Below are positions 51,174 to 64,000 of a DNA stretch of 64,000 nucleotides, piece after piece. Under the pieces are notes generated by a model. The model searched no databases and was not told where the DNA came from. It saw only the letters and a program-made list of their open reading frames with translations. The stretch's first letter is position 1. Each line of letters begins with the position of its first letter. The DNA comes from Octopus sinensis (lineage: Eukaryota): contig NC_043017.1 of NCBI RefSeq assembly GCF_006345805.1, forward strand, positions 2,418,001 through 2,482,000, read 5' to 3'. The position numbers were made by a program, and so were the translations under genes.

Positions 51174-52299
51174 TATTGTGTGTAGTTAGATTTATGACTG
51201 AAACAAGTAAAAGAGTATATATCTAAATTCCAAACAACTTTGAATTGCCTTTAATGTGAGCAAACGTGAAAACGTTTTAACTAACGGTTTTGTAGTTATA
51301 GTTTATATTGCATATATAAATAAATACGTTGGGGGCGAGAGAGAGAAACTGGATTGAGATGGTCATATATATTTTCAGCAACGGTGTTTCCTATCTCTAA
51401 AATGATCGCTAGATTTCTGATTGACAGCATAATTCCAATATCCCCCAATTAATTGACAATTCTAATTCGATGTATCAATCAAATGGTGCGCGATTTTCTC
51501 AACGTCACTCATTTGCGAGACCAAGATATATACTTTCTAATTGTCTATCCTCAGTTCAGCCCTGATTCAGCAAAAGCTGCTCAGAGGTTCTCCTGCTATG
51601 ATATCTCGTCTATTTTTATGAAAGTCTATTTCGTAGTAGGATATAAATACATTCTTTGGGGGATTTTTTTAAAGATAGTGGCATATAATTTAAGGGGGCT
51701 TTGGTTGCATTTTCTAGAAGACAAATGAGATTTTACCTCTCTTTATAACTGAGGGTGGCACCTATCCATAAGTTCGTTTCAATACTTAAATGAATTGAAT
51801 CGTTGAAATATTAAAGAATATTCTCTGCTCAGTTCAACACTTTTAACTAAAGGAGTATCGAACCATCGTGTATTCCACTGTAACTAAGTGAAATCATTTG
51901 ATGGCTTAATTCGACTGAACTCTAGACGTCATATGCTCAAAGTCAGTCGAATATTTTGTAGTTAAGAGAATTAATCCAGCCACTTGATTTAAATGGGGAT
52001 CAGCAACGATCACTCGAATATTCTACAATATAAGAAGCTGATCCAGTCCGTTGCTCAGCTCTAAATCAAAAATTAGATGTTTATTTATCTATTGTGTATC
52101 TTATAACTTAACAGATTGCTCCATTGACTAGATTTAACTATCAAGATGGACAAGGATTAATTAAATATTGTCTTTAGTCCCTTAATTCAGCACCATTAAC
52201 CAGAATGAGCAATAATCTTTTCACTAGATTCTGGTGAGAATTCGTTCTCTGTAGACCTACTCACCTACTGAATAGATTCTCACTTTCAACATGTTTGTT

Positions 52300-53171
52300 G
52301 TAAAGTATATAAACAGTATGACTCTTCCAAAATGCGGCTCTCTATCGTGATTCTATTTTACACTTTTTCTTCGCTTAAATATAATTTCAAATATGTAAAT
52401 GACTGCAAATCTATGAGTAAAGATGCGTTTGTATTTTTGATTTGTCTGGGTGCATGCGTAAAAAAAAAAATGCCATCGTTTGTACGTATGTGTGTGTACA
52501 AATGCGCGTATGTATATATGCAGGTAGGTCAGTTGCATTTTTCGTGTTCGTCTTGTTTCTTTCTTTCTTTTAGATTTCCTATTCGCTGTTTATTATTAAT
52601 CAAGTCCATGACTTGAGTTTTTAATTGTTTTTTCTTCATTTTCGTTTGCCTTTGTTTTGTTTTTTTTTGTAAGTTAAAGATCTTTTTTTTTTCTTAGTGT
52701 TCTTTCTTGAATGAAGCTACGTTTCATTCAGTCGTCGAATTATGGCAATGCGTTAATGAGCAACAGTAAAACAAACAAACAAACACACACATACACGCAC
52801 ACAAAACACACGGGCGCTACTCACATAGACACGGCTTCATGCAAAGTGCTTTACACTGTGCTCCAACGAATTATCGCCAATTTGTCCTCCATATTTTTTA
52901 ATCAACATCATCACAATGATAATCATAATCATCAGCATTAATAATAGTTTTTTTTGTTGTTATTTAGTAATATTTTATCTGAATTGTTTTTGCTTAGTTT
53001 TGTTTTCTTCATTATAATTCTTTTTAATAAATTTTATGAATAATAATAATTATTATCCTCGTGTCCACTAATCTGTCACCCTTGTGGTAATAAATGAAAC
53101 CCTCCCCATTATTATAATTATAATAATTATTATTATTAATTAGAATTATCATCAATAAGTGATAGGTGATT
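52300..53171 (-). other. Probable 3' UTR (or start of the last intron) of LMO4
   Basis: TE-free AT-rich unique sequence directly after the stop codon; AATAAA on the minus strand at 52589-52594. Confidence 0.45.
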
Positions 53172-53430
53172 CTAAGAATGTATCCAGCCAACTTTATGAT
53201 TGTTCCTGTTCGGTAACTGTACATGTCCTTTTAAGACTTTCGGATAGTCCTGTTCGCACACCAGGTTACCGTTCACGATGCTGAATCGATCCCCCGTCAC
53301 CAGTTGGTTATGACATGTGACGCACGTGAAGCATTTCAAGTGGTAAACGTTCCCTTGTACACGTCTCACCATTTCATTGGCTGGGATGGTCTGTCCACAT
53401 GTATAGCACGTACCACCCACTCCGAACAAT
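53172..53430 (-). CDS. LMO4: Exon encoding LIM domain 2 and C-terminus of a LIM-domain-only protein (LMO4 orthologue)
   Basis: Polypyrimidine tract and acceptor (ttttttttctttcttattgcag|A) at 53431. Phase-2 entry gives (R)LFGVGGTCYTCGQTIPANEMVRRVQGNVYHLKCFTCVTCHNQLVTGDRFSIVNGNLVCEQDYPKVLKG. Full LIM C-x2-C...H-x2-C-x2-C-x2-C...C-x2-D pattern, closely matching the LMO4 motifs RLFG, QGNVYHLKCFTC and GDRF. In-frame TAG at 53174-53172; possible donor at 53192. Confidence 0.93.
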
Positions 53431-53624
53431 CTGCAATAAGAAAGAAAAAAAAAAGAGAATTAGAATTAAGATTATTCTGTTTTCATTTGCTGAAATAGTT
53501 TTTTGATATTTCAAGTCTTCTCTGATATTCATACACTTATTATTCACTAATTCATGACTAATTCAAACAGTGGTTTTCAACCGGGGCCCAACATCACTTG
53601 AGGGTCCAGGTTTCTTTTAATTTG

Positions 53625-53901
53625 TGTTCCAGCTGATCCAAGTAACGGAAATTAGCGTGCAAGTGACTGAGTACTGAATAGACACGCGTACCCTTAACGC
53701 AAGTTCTCAAAGAGGTTCAGCATGACACTGAGTGTGATAAGGCTGGCCCTTTGAATTACAGGGGCTTCTCAATTTTGGCAGCCGAGTAAAATAGAGCAGC
53801 GGGAAAATAGTGTCTTCCTCAAGGTCACAACGTGTTACCGTGTATCGAACCCAAGACCTTGTGACCATGAGCCAAATGCCATAACTACTAAACCATGCCT
53901 T
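53625..53901 (-). mobile_element. Old tRNA-headed SINE (family G)
   Basis: aaggcatggtttagtagtt...gggttcgatac head, ccttgaggaagacact domain, ctgtaattcaaagggccagcc body. Confidence 0.7.
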
Positions 53902-54379
53902 TTCATAAATACTTTATTAATGATGAGAGCATTACTCATAGCACAGCGCTGAAATATCCACGTATACGACATAGAAAATAGAAATTTCAAAAAGAAAACA
54001 CGTGATTTATGACGTATACATCCAAGGATCAAATTTCAAAAGTTGGCCAAAGAAACAAAACGTTAAATCAATTGTTTAACATGGCAAAAAAGGATGTTGT
54101 ATAATTTACATCCGGGTATTGTGAAAGCCTAGAAACATGGGTAACTGATGGGTTTAGGGATTTTATTCCTGAAAACAGAAAAAAAAAAAACTGATAGAAA
54201 ATCGCGCGCACGCACACACTCAACGTTATTCCTGTTAGATGAAGCTTTCCAAGCAATATGCGGAAATTACGATGGTGTGAAATAATAAATTATGTGCGGT
54301 GAAATGAAGTAGGGGTTTCGAGCCGAATCGAGTGATGCATATAGGCGTAGGGCGAAAAGAGAAGCATACACGGAATATG

Positions 54380-54661
54380 TGTATAACATATATATATGTG
54401 TGTGTGTGTGTGTGTATATATATGTGTGTGTGTGTGTGTGTATATATGTGTGTGTGTTATGTGTGTGTGTGTATATATGTGTATATATATATTCGTGTAT
54501 ATATGTGTATATATATATATATTCGTGTATATATGTGTATATATATATGTGTGTATATATATATGTGTGTGTATATATATGTGTGTGTATATATATATAT
54601 ATGTGTGTGTATATATATATATATATGTATTTATGTGTGTGTGTGTATGTGTATATATGTA

Positions 54662-54699
<38 letters not shown>

Positions 54700-54710
54700 T
54701 GTGTGTGTGA
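54380..54710. repeat. TA/TG microsatellite
   Basis: Direct inspection. Confidence 0.95.
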
Positions 54711-55404
54711 ATTCTAAGCATGAGAAATTAAGTTGTTAGTGGTGAGAGAAAGCGAAAAGGAATGACAGACAGAAAGCTAAACATAGATAGACAGACAGAT
54801 AGATAGACAAAAGAAGAAGAAGTTATAAGATGTAATCTCTGCCCAGATGATGATGAATTGCCTAACATCTACCTCTTCCTATTAACATGAAATACTTTTA
54901 ACCAAAGATTGGAAAAATAAATAAAATTTTGTAATTGAGGAAACCATAGAAATCTCTTTGAAGAACTGTTTGAAATAATCTTTGAGTGACGATAAATTCT
55001 AGACTAACACTATGGCTTCTTTCCTTCTCTATAATCCTCTCGATATCGTCTTGAGGCCCTTAAATCTTTTATGACCTTGGGGGCAACACAATTACCGCTA
55101 TTTCTTTTTTTTTTTTCATTTAGATTTAATTCCATAATTTATACGTCTTTGCTAATTTTTTTCCCTGGTATTGCCGGTGTTGATGCTTTTGTAGTTATGG
55201 CCGTTGTTTAATCCGAACAGGTTTCTTTTCTTTTACAATACATATCTTTTTTAATACGTATAAAACTATACTTACATTAGCGCATGCGTGCTTTTTTTTG
55301 GAATATACCTGCATTATGTATGTAAGACGGTTTCCCATAAAGGAGTATATGTGTGTGCATGAATGTGTATGCAAGAATGTGTGTGTGCGTAATATATATG
55401 TATA

Positions 55405-55790
55405 AGCACAGGAGTGACTGTGTGGTAAGTAGCTTGCTTATCAACCACATGGTTCCGGATTCCGTCCCACTGCATAGTATCTTGGGTGAGTGTCTTCTAC
55501 TATAGTCTCGAGCCGACCAAAGCCTTGTGAGCAAATTTGGTAGACGGAAACTGAAAGAAGCTATCGTATATATACATACATATATGTGTGTGTCCGTGTT
55601 TGTGACCCCACCCACCCTCCCTTGACAATTGATGCTGGTGTCTTTATGTTACCGTCACTTAGCCGTTCGGCAAAAGCGACTGATAGAATAAGCTCTAAAT
55701 TTACAAAGAATAAGTCATGGGGTCGATTTGTTGGACTAAAGGCGGTCCGCCAGTATGTCCGCAGTCAAAATAACTGAAATAAGTAAAAGA
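55405..55790 (+). mobile_element. SINE family A, full length
   Basis: All modules present. Confidence 0.9.
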
Positions 55791-55802
55791 AGAATTAATA
55801 TA

Positions 55803-55841
<39 letters not shown>

Positions 55842-55859
55842 GATCTTCATCTCTGTGCC

Positions 55860-56015
55860 TGCGTGGGGGCCTTAACAGCGTTGGTGCCACGAAAAATGCA
55901 CCCAGTTCACGCTAGAATGTGGTTAGCGTAAGGAAGCGCATCAAGCCGTAGGAACTGGGCCCAAGCAGACTCACACCAACATGGAACATGGACTTCAAAC
56001 TTATGATGATGATGA
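55860..56015 (+). mobile_element. Retroelement 3' fragment with (GAT)n tail
   Basis: ggtgccacgaaaaatgcacccag...aggaagcgcatcaagccgtag...atgatgatgatg. Confidence 0.55.
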
Positions 56016-56649
56016 ACACCATCATCATAATAATCATGATGGATGTATATTTAATTATAGGAGAAAAGATTTGGGAAAACACAGACGGATCGTAACAAAG
56101 GTATCTGACAGAAATATTTTAGAATGTCGTTGATATTGCTATGGTGCTGTGTAGTGGGACTGGATGCGAAACCACGAAGCTCCAGAGTGATCTTCTTAAG
56201 CGCTTAGTTTAGGACAGGCGCAGTTATTGTCATTTCAAAAAATGGTAAGAGCACTTGTCTAACCTAGTTGGACAGCCACCAAATATCACAGACCAAACCT
56301 TTCAATAATATTGTAAATGAAACCCTGACTACACACACAACCAGCTTTCACCAAAAGCACACAATTTTTTTAACAAGTCCTTTTGAAATGGCAAGGAGAT
56401 AATAAACCAGTGGAAGTATTGAAAAATATAATGGATGCAAGAATACTATTGTATCTCTTTATGTAAAGAATACTCTTGGAACCATTATGTGAAGAGCGTA
56501 ATAAAACCATGCACCATGACAAAGCTGATATTTGAGTGAAGAATGGACAAATACCAATCCATAAAGGGAGGATCTCATAGATTTACTAAACGGTACAGAC
56601 GCATAAATTTATCAGTTATTACAGATAAAAGAAATTTGAGGATACAAAC

Positions 56650-56765
56650 GTTATATATAAATATATATATATAAACACACCGTATATGCATTTATAGAGA
56701 TATGTATATATAGATATATGTATGTATGTATATATATACAATTTAACATACATGTCTGTACACAC

Positions 56766-56823
<58 letters not shown>

Positions 56824-57041
56824 AACGCATCGTATATGCATTTATAGAGATATGTATATATAGATATATGTATATATATATACACAATTTAACATACATG
56901 TCTGTACACACACACACACATTATATATATATATATATATATATAAACGCATCGTATATGCATTTATAGAGATATGTATATATAGATATAGTATATATAT
57001 ACACAATTTAACATACATGTCTGTACAACACACACAACCAT

Positions 57042-57073
<32 letters not shown>

Positions 57074-57125
57074 ATATAAACGCATCGTATATGCATTTAT
57101 AGAGATATGTATATATAGATATATG

Positions 57126-57163
<38 letters not shown>

Positions 57164-57190
57164 TTAACATACATGTCTGTACACACACTC
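56650..57190. repeat. Four-copy minisatellite with variable (CA)n and (TA)n tracts
   Basis: cgtatatgcatttatagagatatg starts at 56681, 56831, 56953 and 57086. Confidence 0.95.
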
Positions 57191-57494
57191 ACACACGCAC
57201 ACACACATATATATATGTATATATGGAGATGTATGTGTTTATATATATAGATGTGTTAATCTGTATATGTATAGATACATGCATAAACATATACAGATAA
57301 GAACACATGTATATACATAAACACATACATCTATATACATACATACGAATATATATATGTATACGTATATGCATGGATAGCTACATATATAAACATTAAC
57401 ATACATGTATATATAAATAAACATATGTATGTGAACATATATGCGTATACGCACGTATATAAACATTCACATTAACATACGTGTATATATATAT

Positions 57495-57712
57495 GTGTGT
57501 GTGCGTGTGTTTGTGTGTCTGTGTTTGTCCCCCCCCCCCACATCGCTTGACAACCGATGCTGGTGTGTTTGCGACCCCGTAACTTAGCGGTTCGGCAAAA
57601 GGGACCGATAGGTTTACTTTACAAAGAATAAGTCCTGGGGGTCGATTTGCTCGACTAAAGGCTGTGCTCCAGCATGACCGCAGTCAAATGACTGAAACAA
57701 GTAAATGAGTAA
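57495..57712 (+). mobile_element. SINE family A, 3' half
   Basis: From gtgtctgtgtttgtccccc to cagtcaaatgactgaaacaagtaa. Confidence 0.88.
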
Positions 57713-57880
57713 ATATAATACCGGTAGATTTGATTCTTTCAAAAAAAAAATGATCTTGAATTATGTACCATGCAGGTTCGAACACCAAACGACATAGCAC
57801 AGGGAATTTCTCATCCAGGTAGTCTTAAGCAACTAAAAGTTCCCTATACATACATATTTACATACATGTATATATATAAC

Positions 57881-58083
57881 GGGAAGCTTTATGAAAATAA
57901 ACAAAAGACGAAGGCAGGTGGAAAACAAACGAACAATTGTATTAGTATGGCGCTCAGGAATATAAATAAAACAAGTCTTTAACGTTTCGAGCCTACGCTC
58001 TTCAACAGAAAGATACACAGAGAGAGAAAAACACAGAAAGAAGGAGAGAAAAAACTGCGTGCAGTAGCTAACGAATCAACATG
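57881..58083 (-). mobile_element. Penelope-type terminal-repeat fragment (second family), hammerhead core CUGUUGA, cleavage triplet lost (GCC)
   Basis: Same 22-nt block gaagagcgtaggctcgaaacgt; homologous flanks; TA-repeat borders. Confidence 0.55.
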
Positions 58084-59006
58084 TATATATATATATATAT
58101 AATACGCACGCTCGGAGACTCAGGTTTAAAATATTGAAAGCAAATATGATAACGTAGCAAAAAGCAATAAATGAAATGACAAACTGCATTATTTACAAAC
58201 TATGTTTGTATTCGAAATAAAACTATATTCTTTTCGATTGCGCTTATTTGTTTCACTCAATGCCTATTGGTCATTTGGAAGCCGTCAATTAAATATTTCA
58301 GACTTATTAATGACTCATAATATATATCGCCCATCGTCACGCACAAATTCATACTATTTGTTGTTTAAAACAAATTCAACAATGAAATCTCATTAGACAT
58401 ATGTACAAAATTTATTTTACTATTAATATTTTCTTTCTTCGTATTATGACATGTTTTCTTTGTTTTCCCCTGCTATATTACGCCTTCCCGCTGGCCATTT
58501 TCCTAAATAATATTTCTATTCTGTAGTTCTTACATGTATTGTTCACCCTCTCTCTTCCTTTCTTTCTTTACTTTTCACTCCATTAGAAATGCTAAAAATT
58601 CTATTATGTTCTTTATAGGAATACAAAGGATCCATTTTTTATATATATATATATATATACATACACACTCACATACTCTACAACACACAAACCCGCACAC
58701 ACTATATGTGTGTTTGTGTTACTCATGTTATAGATGCGTGTGTATTTCAATACAGATGTTTCGTAATACACACCTCTATTCAACTAATTTTGACAAATTT
58801 TGCACTAAAAGTGCTAAAAATTAGTTCAAAATAAGCGGAGGATTGAAAGCAATATAGAGGTGTGTGTGTATATGTATGTGTATGCGATTATATTTATTGG
58901 AGAGCATATACACATAGATATATATACTTAGATACTTATATAAAAAAAATTCAGAATGATATAAAAAAAACCAAGGCAGTGAAGATTTTAGAACATTTAA
59001 AAATAG

Positions 59007-59054
59007 GTCTTACAGCTGTTTCCAGGATATTTATTATATCCCATCATTGGAAAC
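59007..59054 (-). ncRNA. Degenerate mini-hammerhead motif with palindromic stem III
   Basis: Minus strand reads guuu-CCAAUGA-UGGGAUAU-aauaa-AUAUCCUG-GAAAC-AGCU-GUA-agac; the core deviates at positions 4 and 5. Confidence 0.4.
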
Positions 59055-59444
59055 GGTGTGAGAAAATGGTTAAGCAATAGTTAATTTAGATAAGATACTA
59101 AATATAGAGTGAAGTGGAGGAATGAAAATAGGTGTGAGATATACGGTGATATTGCATCTGTAGATCCATTATTTAGGCAGAATGGTATACATATAAGATT
59201 CCAATACCTTGTTCACATAATCACCGCACCTGGAGATTAACTATGGTCTATCCAAAGCACTTACTCAGCATTACCCGACACCTTTGGGCCTTATTGACAC
59301 CATTACCTTTCAAAATTTCTAGGTACACACACACACATATATATATATGTATATATATATACACTACTTTATATGTACGTAAGATTTTTAAATATTTTGA
59401 GCTTGTGGGAAAGCTTTAATTTCTGCACCAGTACTGACTTCTGA

Positions 59445-59682
59445 AGCCTGGAACTTAGTCTATCAATCATTGCCGAACTGCTAAGTTACGGAGACGTAAA
59501 CACACCAACATCGGTTGTCAAGCGATGGTGGGGGACACACGCACAAACATATATATGACGGGCTTCTTTCAGTTCCCTCCACCAAATTCACTGACAAGGC
59601 TTTGGTCAACCTGAGGTTATTGAAGACACTTTCCCAAGGTGCCACGCAGTGTGATTGAACCCAGAACCCTGTGATTGCGAAG
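59445..59682 (-). mobile_element. SINE family A, partial
   Basis: Head, body, short linker and part of the 3' half. Confidence 0.82.
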
Positions 59683-59755
59683 TCTTTCTTTCATTCTTCA
59701 TATCGGGTGCCAGATAGACATACATATAAGTGTGTGTGTATGTGTGTGTATTCGC

Positions 59756-59934
59756 CATGATAGATCGGTAGCTACTACACACATTTTTTCTCTCCTTGTT
59801 TTTTTCTGTGTTCCTTTCTGTGGAAGAGCGTAGGCTCGAAACGTTAAAGACTTTTTCAATCCCCGAATGTTATACATCTGTTTGTTTTCTACACCACCCG
59901 TCTTCGTCTTTTGTTGTTTATTCGTGAATTCTCC
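59756..59934 (+). mobile_element. Penelope-type terminal-repeat fragment (second family), hammerhead core CUGUGGA
   Basis: Same 22-nt block; stem III CGUU/AAUG with GUU site at 59869-59871; ends in (TA)n. Confidence 0.55.
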
Positions 59935-59965
<31 letters not shown>

Positions 59966-61266
59966 ATACATACTAACGGCTTCTCTCGACCTATATCTCC
60001 ACAACTCTATATCTTGCTTGCTTTCTCTCTCTCCCTCTCACACGCACACAATTTCCATCCCTGGAATATTTATTACATGTCACCCTGTTTAGTTTTCTGC
60101 CTCTCTCTGTCTTTACGGCGCTCATTGCCTGCTCTTTCTCCTTGAAATAAAATACATAGATTTAAGAAACTATTTCCAAGACCTGCTAAATTTGTGGAAT
60201 TACGAAATGAAGCCGAAGCAGAAATTCTTCAGAAAATATTCTATGAACCTCTAAATTGCATTGAAATAAATATAAACGTATTTAAGTAAGTTAATTTCTT
60301 CTCTAAAACAGCAAATATTTCGAAATGTTCTTTCATGATACTCTCTGAGGAACTGCTAGCATAGCAAGGATTATTAGCAAATTAATTAAAGCTAATTTTA
60401 TTGGATAAAACAATAAATAAATACAACCTAATATGTTCTATTTAAAACTGAAGAAAATAAATACGTGTTATCCAGTTTTATAAATCTAATTTTACTCAAG
60501 GAAGTTACTTCAAGCTTAGTAATAATAATTGAATGAGTATTGTAAACTGATATAGTAAATTTAGTATTATTGCTAACGGCACACACAACACACACACACG
60601 CTAAAATTAGGAGCCAAAATGAATCACGCACTAATGCATTCTGTGTGTGTGAGTGTGTGTGTATGTATGTGCTTGTTTGTTTGTGGGGTGGGAGCAAAAA
60701 TAGTCTAACACTAGGGCATATAAAATCTGTAACGAAATATGGTGGCAATAGCACACTTCGGAATCGAACCCACACCTCTTATTTTCGCGATAAGTGTGTT
60801 GACCGATTACACCAACTTCCACCAACTCTACCATTACATTTGGAAACCATAATTTCATAGCAGTAAATATATAAACATTTACGAATCCTACGTGAATTAG
60901 CAAAAATGGCTGTTTGTGAAATTTGTAAGTAGATTTATAAAGCCTTCACAGTAATATTGACAAGAGAAAAAAGTAAGCGAACTTGTAGATAAGGATTGAG
61001 CCTACAACCTCAACATGTTTTTGGTTGTTATTCGATCAGGTATTCTAATAACCTAACATAAAGATGTTCTCTTGTTCCATCATTCTGATGGTCTAGACAT
61101 ATTTACTTTAAAATAAAATAAAATAGATAAATAAAATAATAATAATAATAATAACGTTTAACTCTTAGCATATACGAAGTTTCTTTATCAAAATTGAGCT
61201 ATTCAGATTTTGAAGAGCATTTGGCTAGTATGCTTCAGTGGTGTCAAAATTAGTATTCTACAGCAC

Positions 61267-61305
<39 letters not shown>

Positions 61306-61919
61306 GTAACTGTTATTTTGTTGATCTCACCTTGTTTATCGATAGAAATTCCTAACTGTTTACAGTTTAGAGTTTTAAATGCATTTCATGTTTTTACCGT
61401 CCACGTTGTTTTCGCGCTTGGGTCCAATAAAAGAATTCGTCCCAATTATTATTATTCTTAGATTTTTCTCCTACTCAATTTTGTTTGCATATCTTGCCGA
61501 ATGTCTTACCGACACTTAGGGCATTATTATTATTATTCTTATTCTAGGCAGCTGACAGCACTACATCTTTAAAGAGGCACTTTAGCGCTATTTCTTTCTT
61601 CCTTGCGATGTTGTTTTGTACAGATTGGTAGACGTCAAAATAATAAAAGAGCGTTTCATGTTTCAAATGATTGAAGTCCCAAGACATTTCTTTCGGATTC
61701 TCAAGATTTCCGGGCACAACACAATTTCCACTCAACCCAACCTATCCTTCTGCATTGAACACATCTCCTTCATGTTTCCGTCTCTTCTGCTTTGGTTTGA
61801 TTTTGTTTTCAAGTGTTTGAATTTTCTCTTTCCATATTTTTGTATTAATCTTGTACTTCTAATTAATTTGTTTTCGGATAGTCTTAATGGGGAATAAACA
61901 CCGAATACGTGTACACACA

Positions 61920-62055
61920 AAGATAGTACAAACATACGCACACACACACACACACACATATATATATACATATGAATGCATGTATTTATCATGTATAGTA
62001 TCGCATATATATATATATGTGTGATATGTATAGGTATATATAAACAAGTATATAC

Positions 62056-62088
<33 letters not shown>

Positions 62089-62620
62089 AAGCAAGTATGC
62101 GCACACACACATATATATATATATATAAACAAGTACATACGCACACACACATATATAAACAAGCACATATACACACACATATAAAAAAGTACATATACAC
62201 ACATAAACAAGTAAATATACACACACATAAATATATAAACAAGTATATACACACACACACACATATATAAACAAGTACATATATACACGCATATATATAT
62301 ATGTAATATATATATATGAAAACAAGTATATATATACATATATATATATATATACACACACACAAACAACTATATATTCATATATGAGTATGTGTGTGCA
62401 TGTGAAAATATGAATATATATGTACATATATATTTATAAACAAGTATATATGGATATGTGTGTGTGTGTGTATTCGCAGATAAATGTAGGTATGTAATCT
62501 GCATACATGTGCGTATACATTTCTATAAAGGTACATACCTGTGTATATATATATATATATATATAGTATACATGTACATATTCTAGCGTAAATGTATGTA
62601 TATATATGATTGATATAATT
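61920..62620. repeat. CA/TA compound array with recurring aaacaagta unit
   Basis: Direct inspection. Confidence 0.9.
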
Positions 62621-62622
62621 TG

Positions 62623-62722
62623 NNNNNNNNNNNNNNNNNNNNNNNNNNNNNNNNNNNNNNNNNNNNNNNNNNNNNNNNNNNNNNNNNNNNNNNNNNNNNN
62701 NNNNNNNNNNNNNNNNNNNNNN
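62623..62722. other. Assembly gap (100 N)
   Basis: Run of N. Confidence 1.
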
Positions 62723-63035
62723 AAATAAACATCTACATTCTTTGAAATTTTATAGATTCCCAATTACGATTCACGTTTATGTTTTCCTACCATTATTTTA
62801 AACTTCATATTACATTTCGCTATATCTAACGTTTGATATATAACTTGCAATTTATTTTATCTGTAACATATAGCTTCTCACATATCTCTCAGGTATTTTA
62901 TTCATATTCGCGACGTCTAGTATTCGGTTAAAAAATATTTTTGCGAGATATTTCTGTAATTGTTTGCTTTCAAGTTATTTCTACTCGTTATGCATACTTC
63001 ATATTTAAACAACTCTTTAACCAATTTTTTTTTCA

Positions 63036-63073
<38 letters not shown>

Positions 63074-63075
<2 letters not shown>

Positions 63076-63458
63076 TCTTGTACTTTGTTTCAGTCATTTG
63101 ACTGTGGCTATGCTGGAGCGCCGCCTTTAGTCGAACAAATAGACCCCATGACTTATTCTTTGTAAGCTTAGTACTTATTCTATCGGTCGCTTTTGCCGAA
63201 CCGCTAAGTTACAGGGACGTAAACACACCAGCATCGGTTGGTGAGACAAACGGGTACACAAACACACGCAGACACACATATATATACATATATACGACGG
63301 GCTTCTTTCAGTTTCCGTCTACCAAATCCACTCACAAGGCTTTGGTCGGCCTGAGGCTATAGTAGAAGACACTTGCCCAAGGTGTCACGCAGTGGGACTG
63401 AACCCGGAACCATGTGGTTGGGAAGTAAGCTACTTACCACACAGCCACTCCTATGCCT
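63074..63458 (-). mobile_element. SINE family A, near full length
   Basis: All modules present. Confidence 0.92.
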
Positions 63459-63940
63459 GCAAGACTTTTTATGCGAAAACGCGTGTTTAAACAGATATTG
63501 TTAGACGTTAGGGATGACCATACTTTGCCATTTGAACACGCACTGTTTATCTGAATTTCACTTAGTTTTATTATTAATTTTTGACAGTATGTCTGTCAAA
63601 AACGAGGATAAAAAAACTGAAGTGAAGACCAGAAAAACAGTGCGTGTGTTTAATTGGCAAATCATGACCGTCCCCGAGTATAACAATGTGTGTATGTATC
63701 ACTCGTGGACGTTGAAGATAAGGTTAAAGAAAATGTGCAGTGCGTTGAAGTATGCGATTATATACTTGTGTGTTTGTGTGTGTGTGTGTTTGTATGTATG
63801 ACCTACCTTAAGAATATTTAACAGAAGTGTGATACTAGCAAAAATATATTAACTGTTTTCAATAGTGACATTGAAACTGATCAATATAATGAGATTAAAG
63901 GCAGATCAAGATAATTGTAACAGCTTGTCAAAATTTGCTG

Positions 63941-63985
<45 letters not shown>

Positions 63986-64000
63986 GATCACACACACATG

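Noticed and set aside
53567-53612. hAT-like TIR start CAGTGGTTTTCAACC
   Set aside because: No matching second end or TSD was found.

Overview
Repeat-dense animal DNA, most likely from an octopus (inferred from the SINE complement, the microsatellite load and the lophotrochozoan-like LIM exon). The only host coding sequence I can support is one minus-strand exon (53172-53430) encoding the second LIM domain and C-terminus of an LMO4 orthologue. Its upstream exons are not in the window, so they lie beyond an intron of more than 10 kb or in the 100-N gap. The rest is: more than 40 tRNA-derived SINE copies in at least 5 families (called A-H here); decayed CR1/L2-group and RTE LINE fragments; a TIR-bounded MITE; Penelope-type terminal-repeat fragments carrying hammerhead-ribozyme motifs; and very large TA/TATG/GACA arrays. 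Almost all ORFs in the supplied track are microsatellite artefacts. The strongest leads are: (1) five hammerhead-like motifs, one with an intact core; (2) a LINE and a SINE sharing a 39-nt 3' end with a compensated hairpin; (3) a SINE whose body occurs as 0, 1 or 2 extra units of exactly 184 bp; (4) a ~190-bp inverted duplication 2.8 kb apart, with a later CR1 insertion in one arm; (5) a SINE-internal microsatellite that repeatedly receives other elements. Repeat boundaries were read by eye and may be off by roughly 10-20 bp. Family names were not checked against any database.
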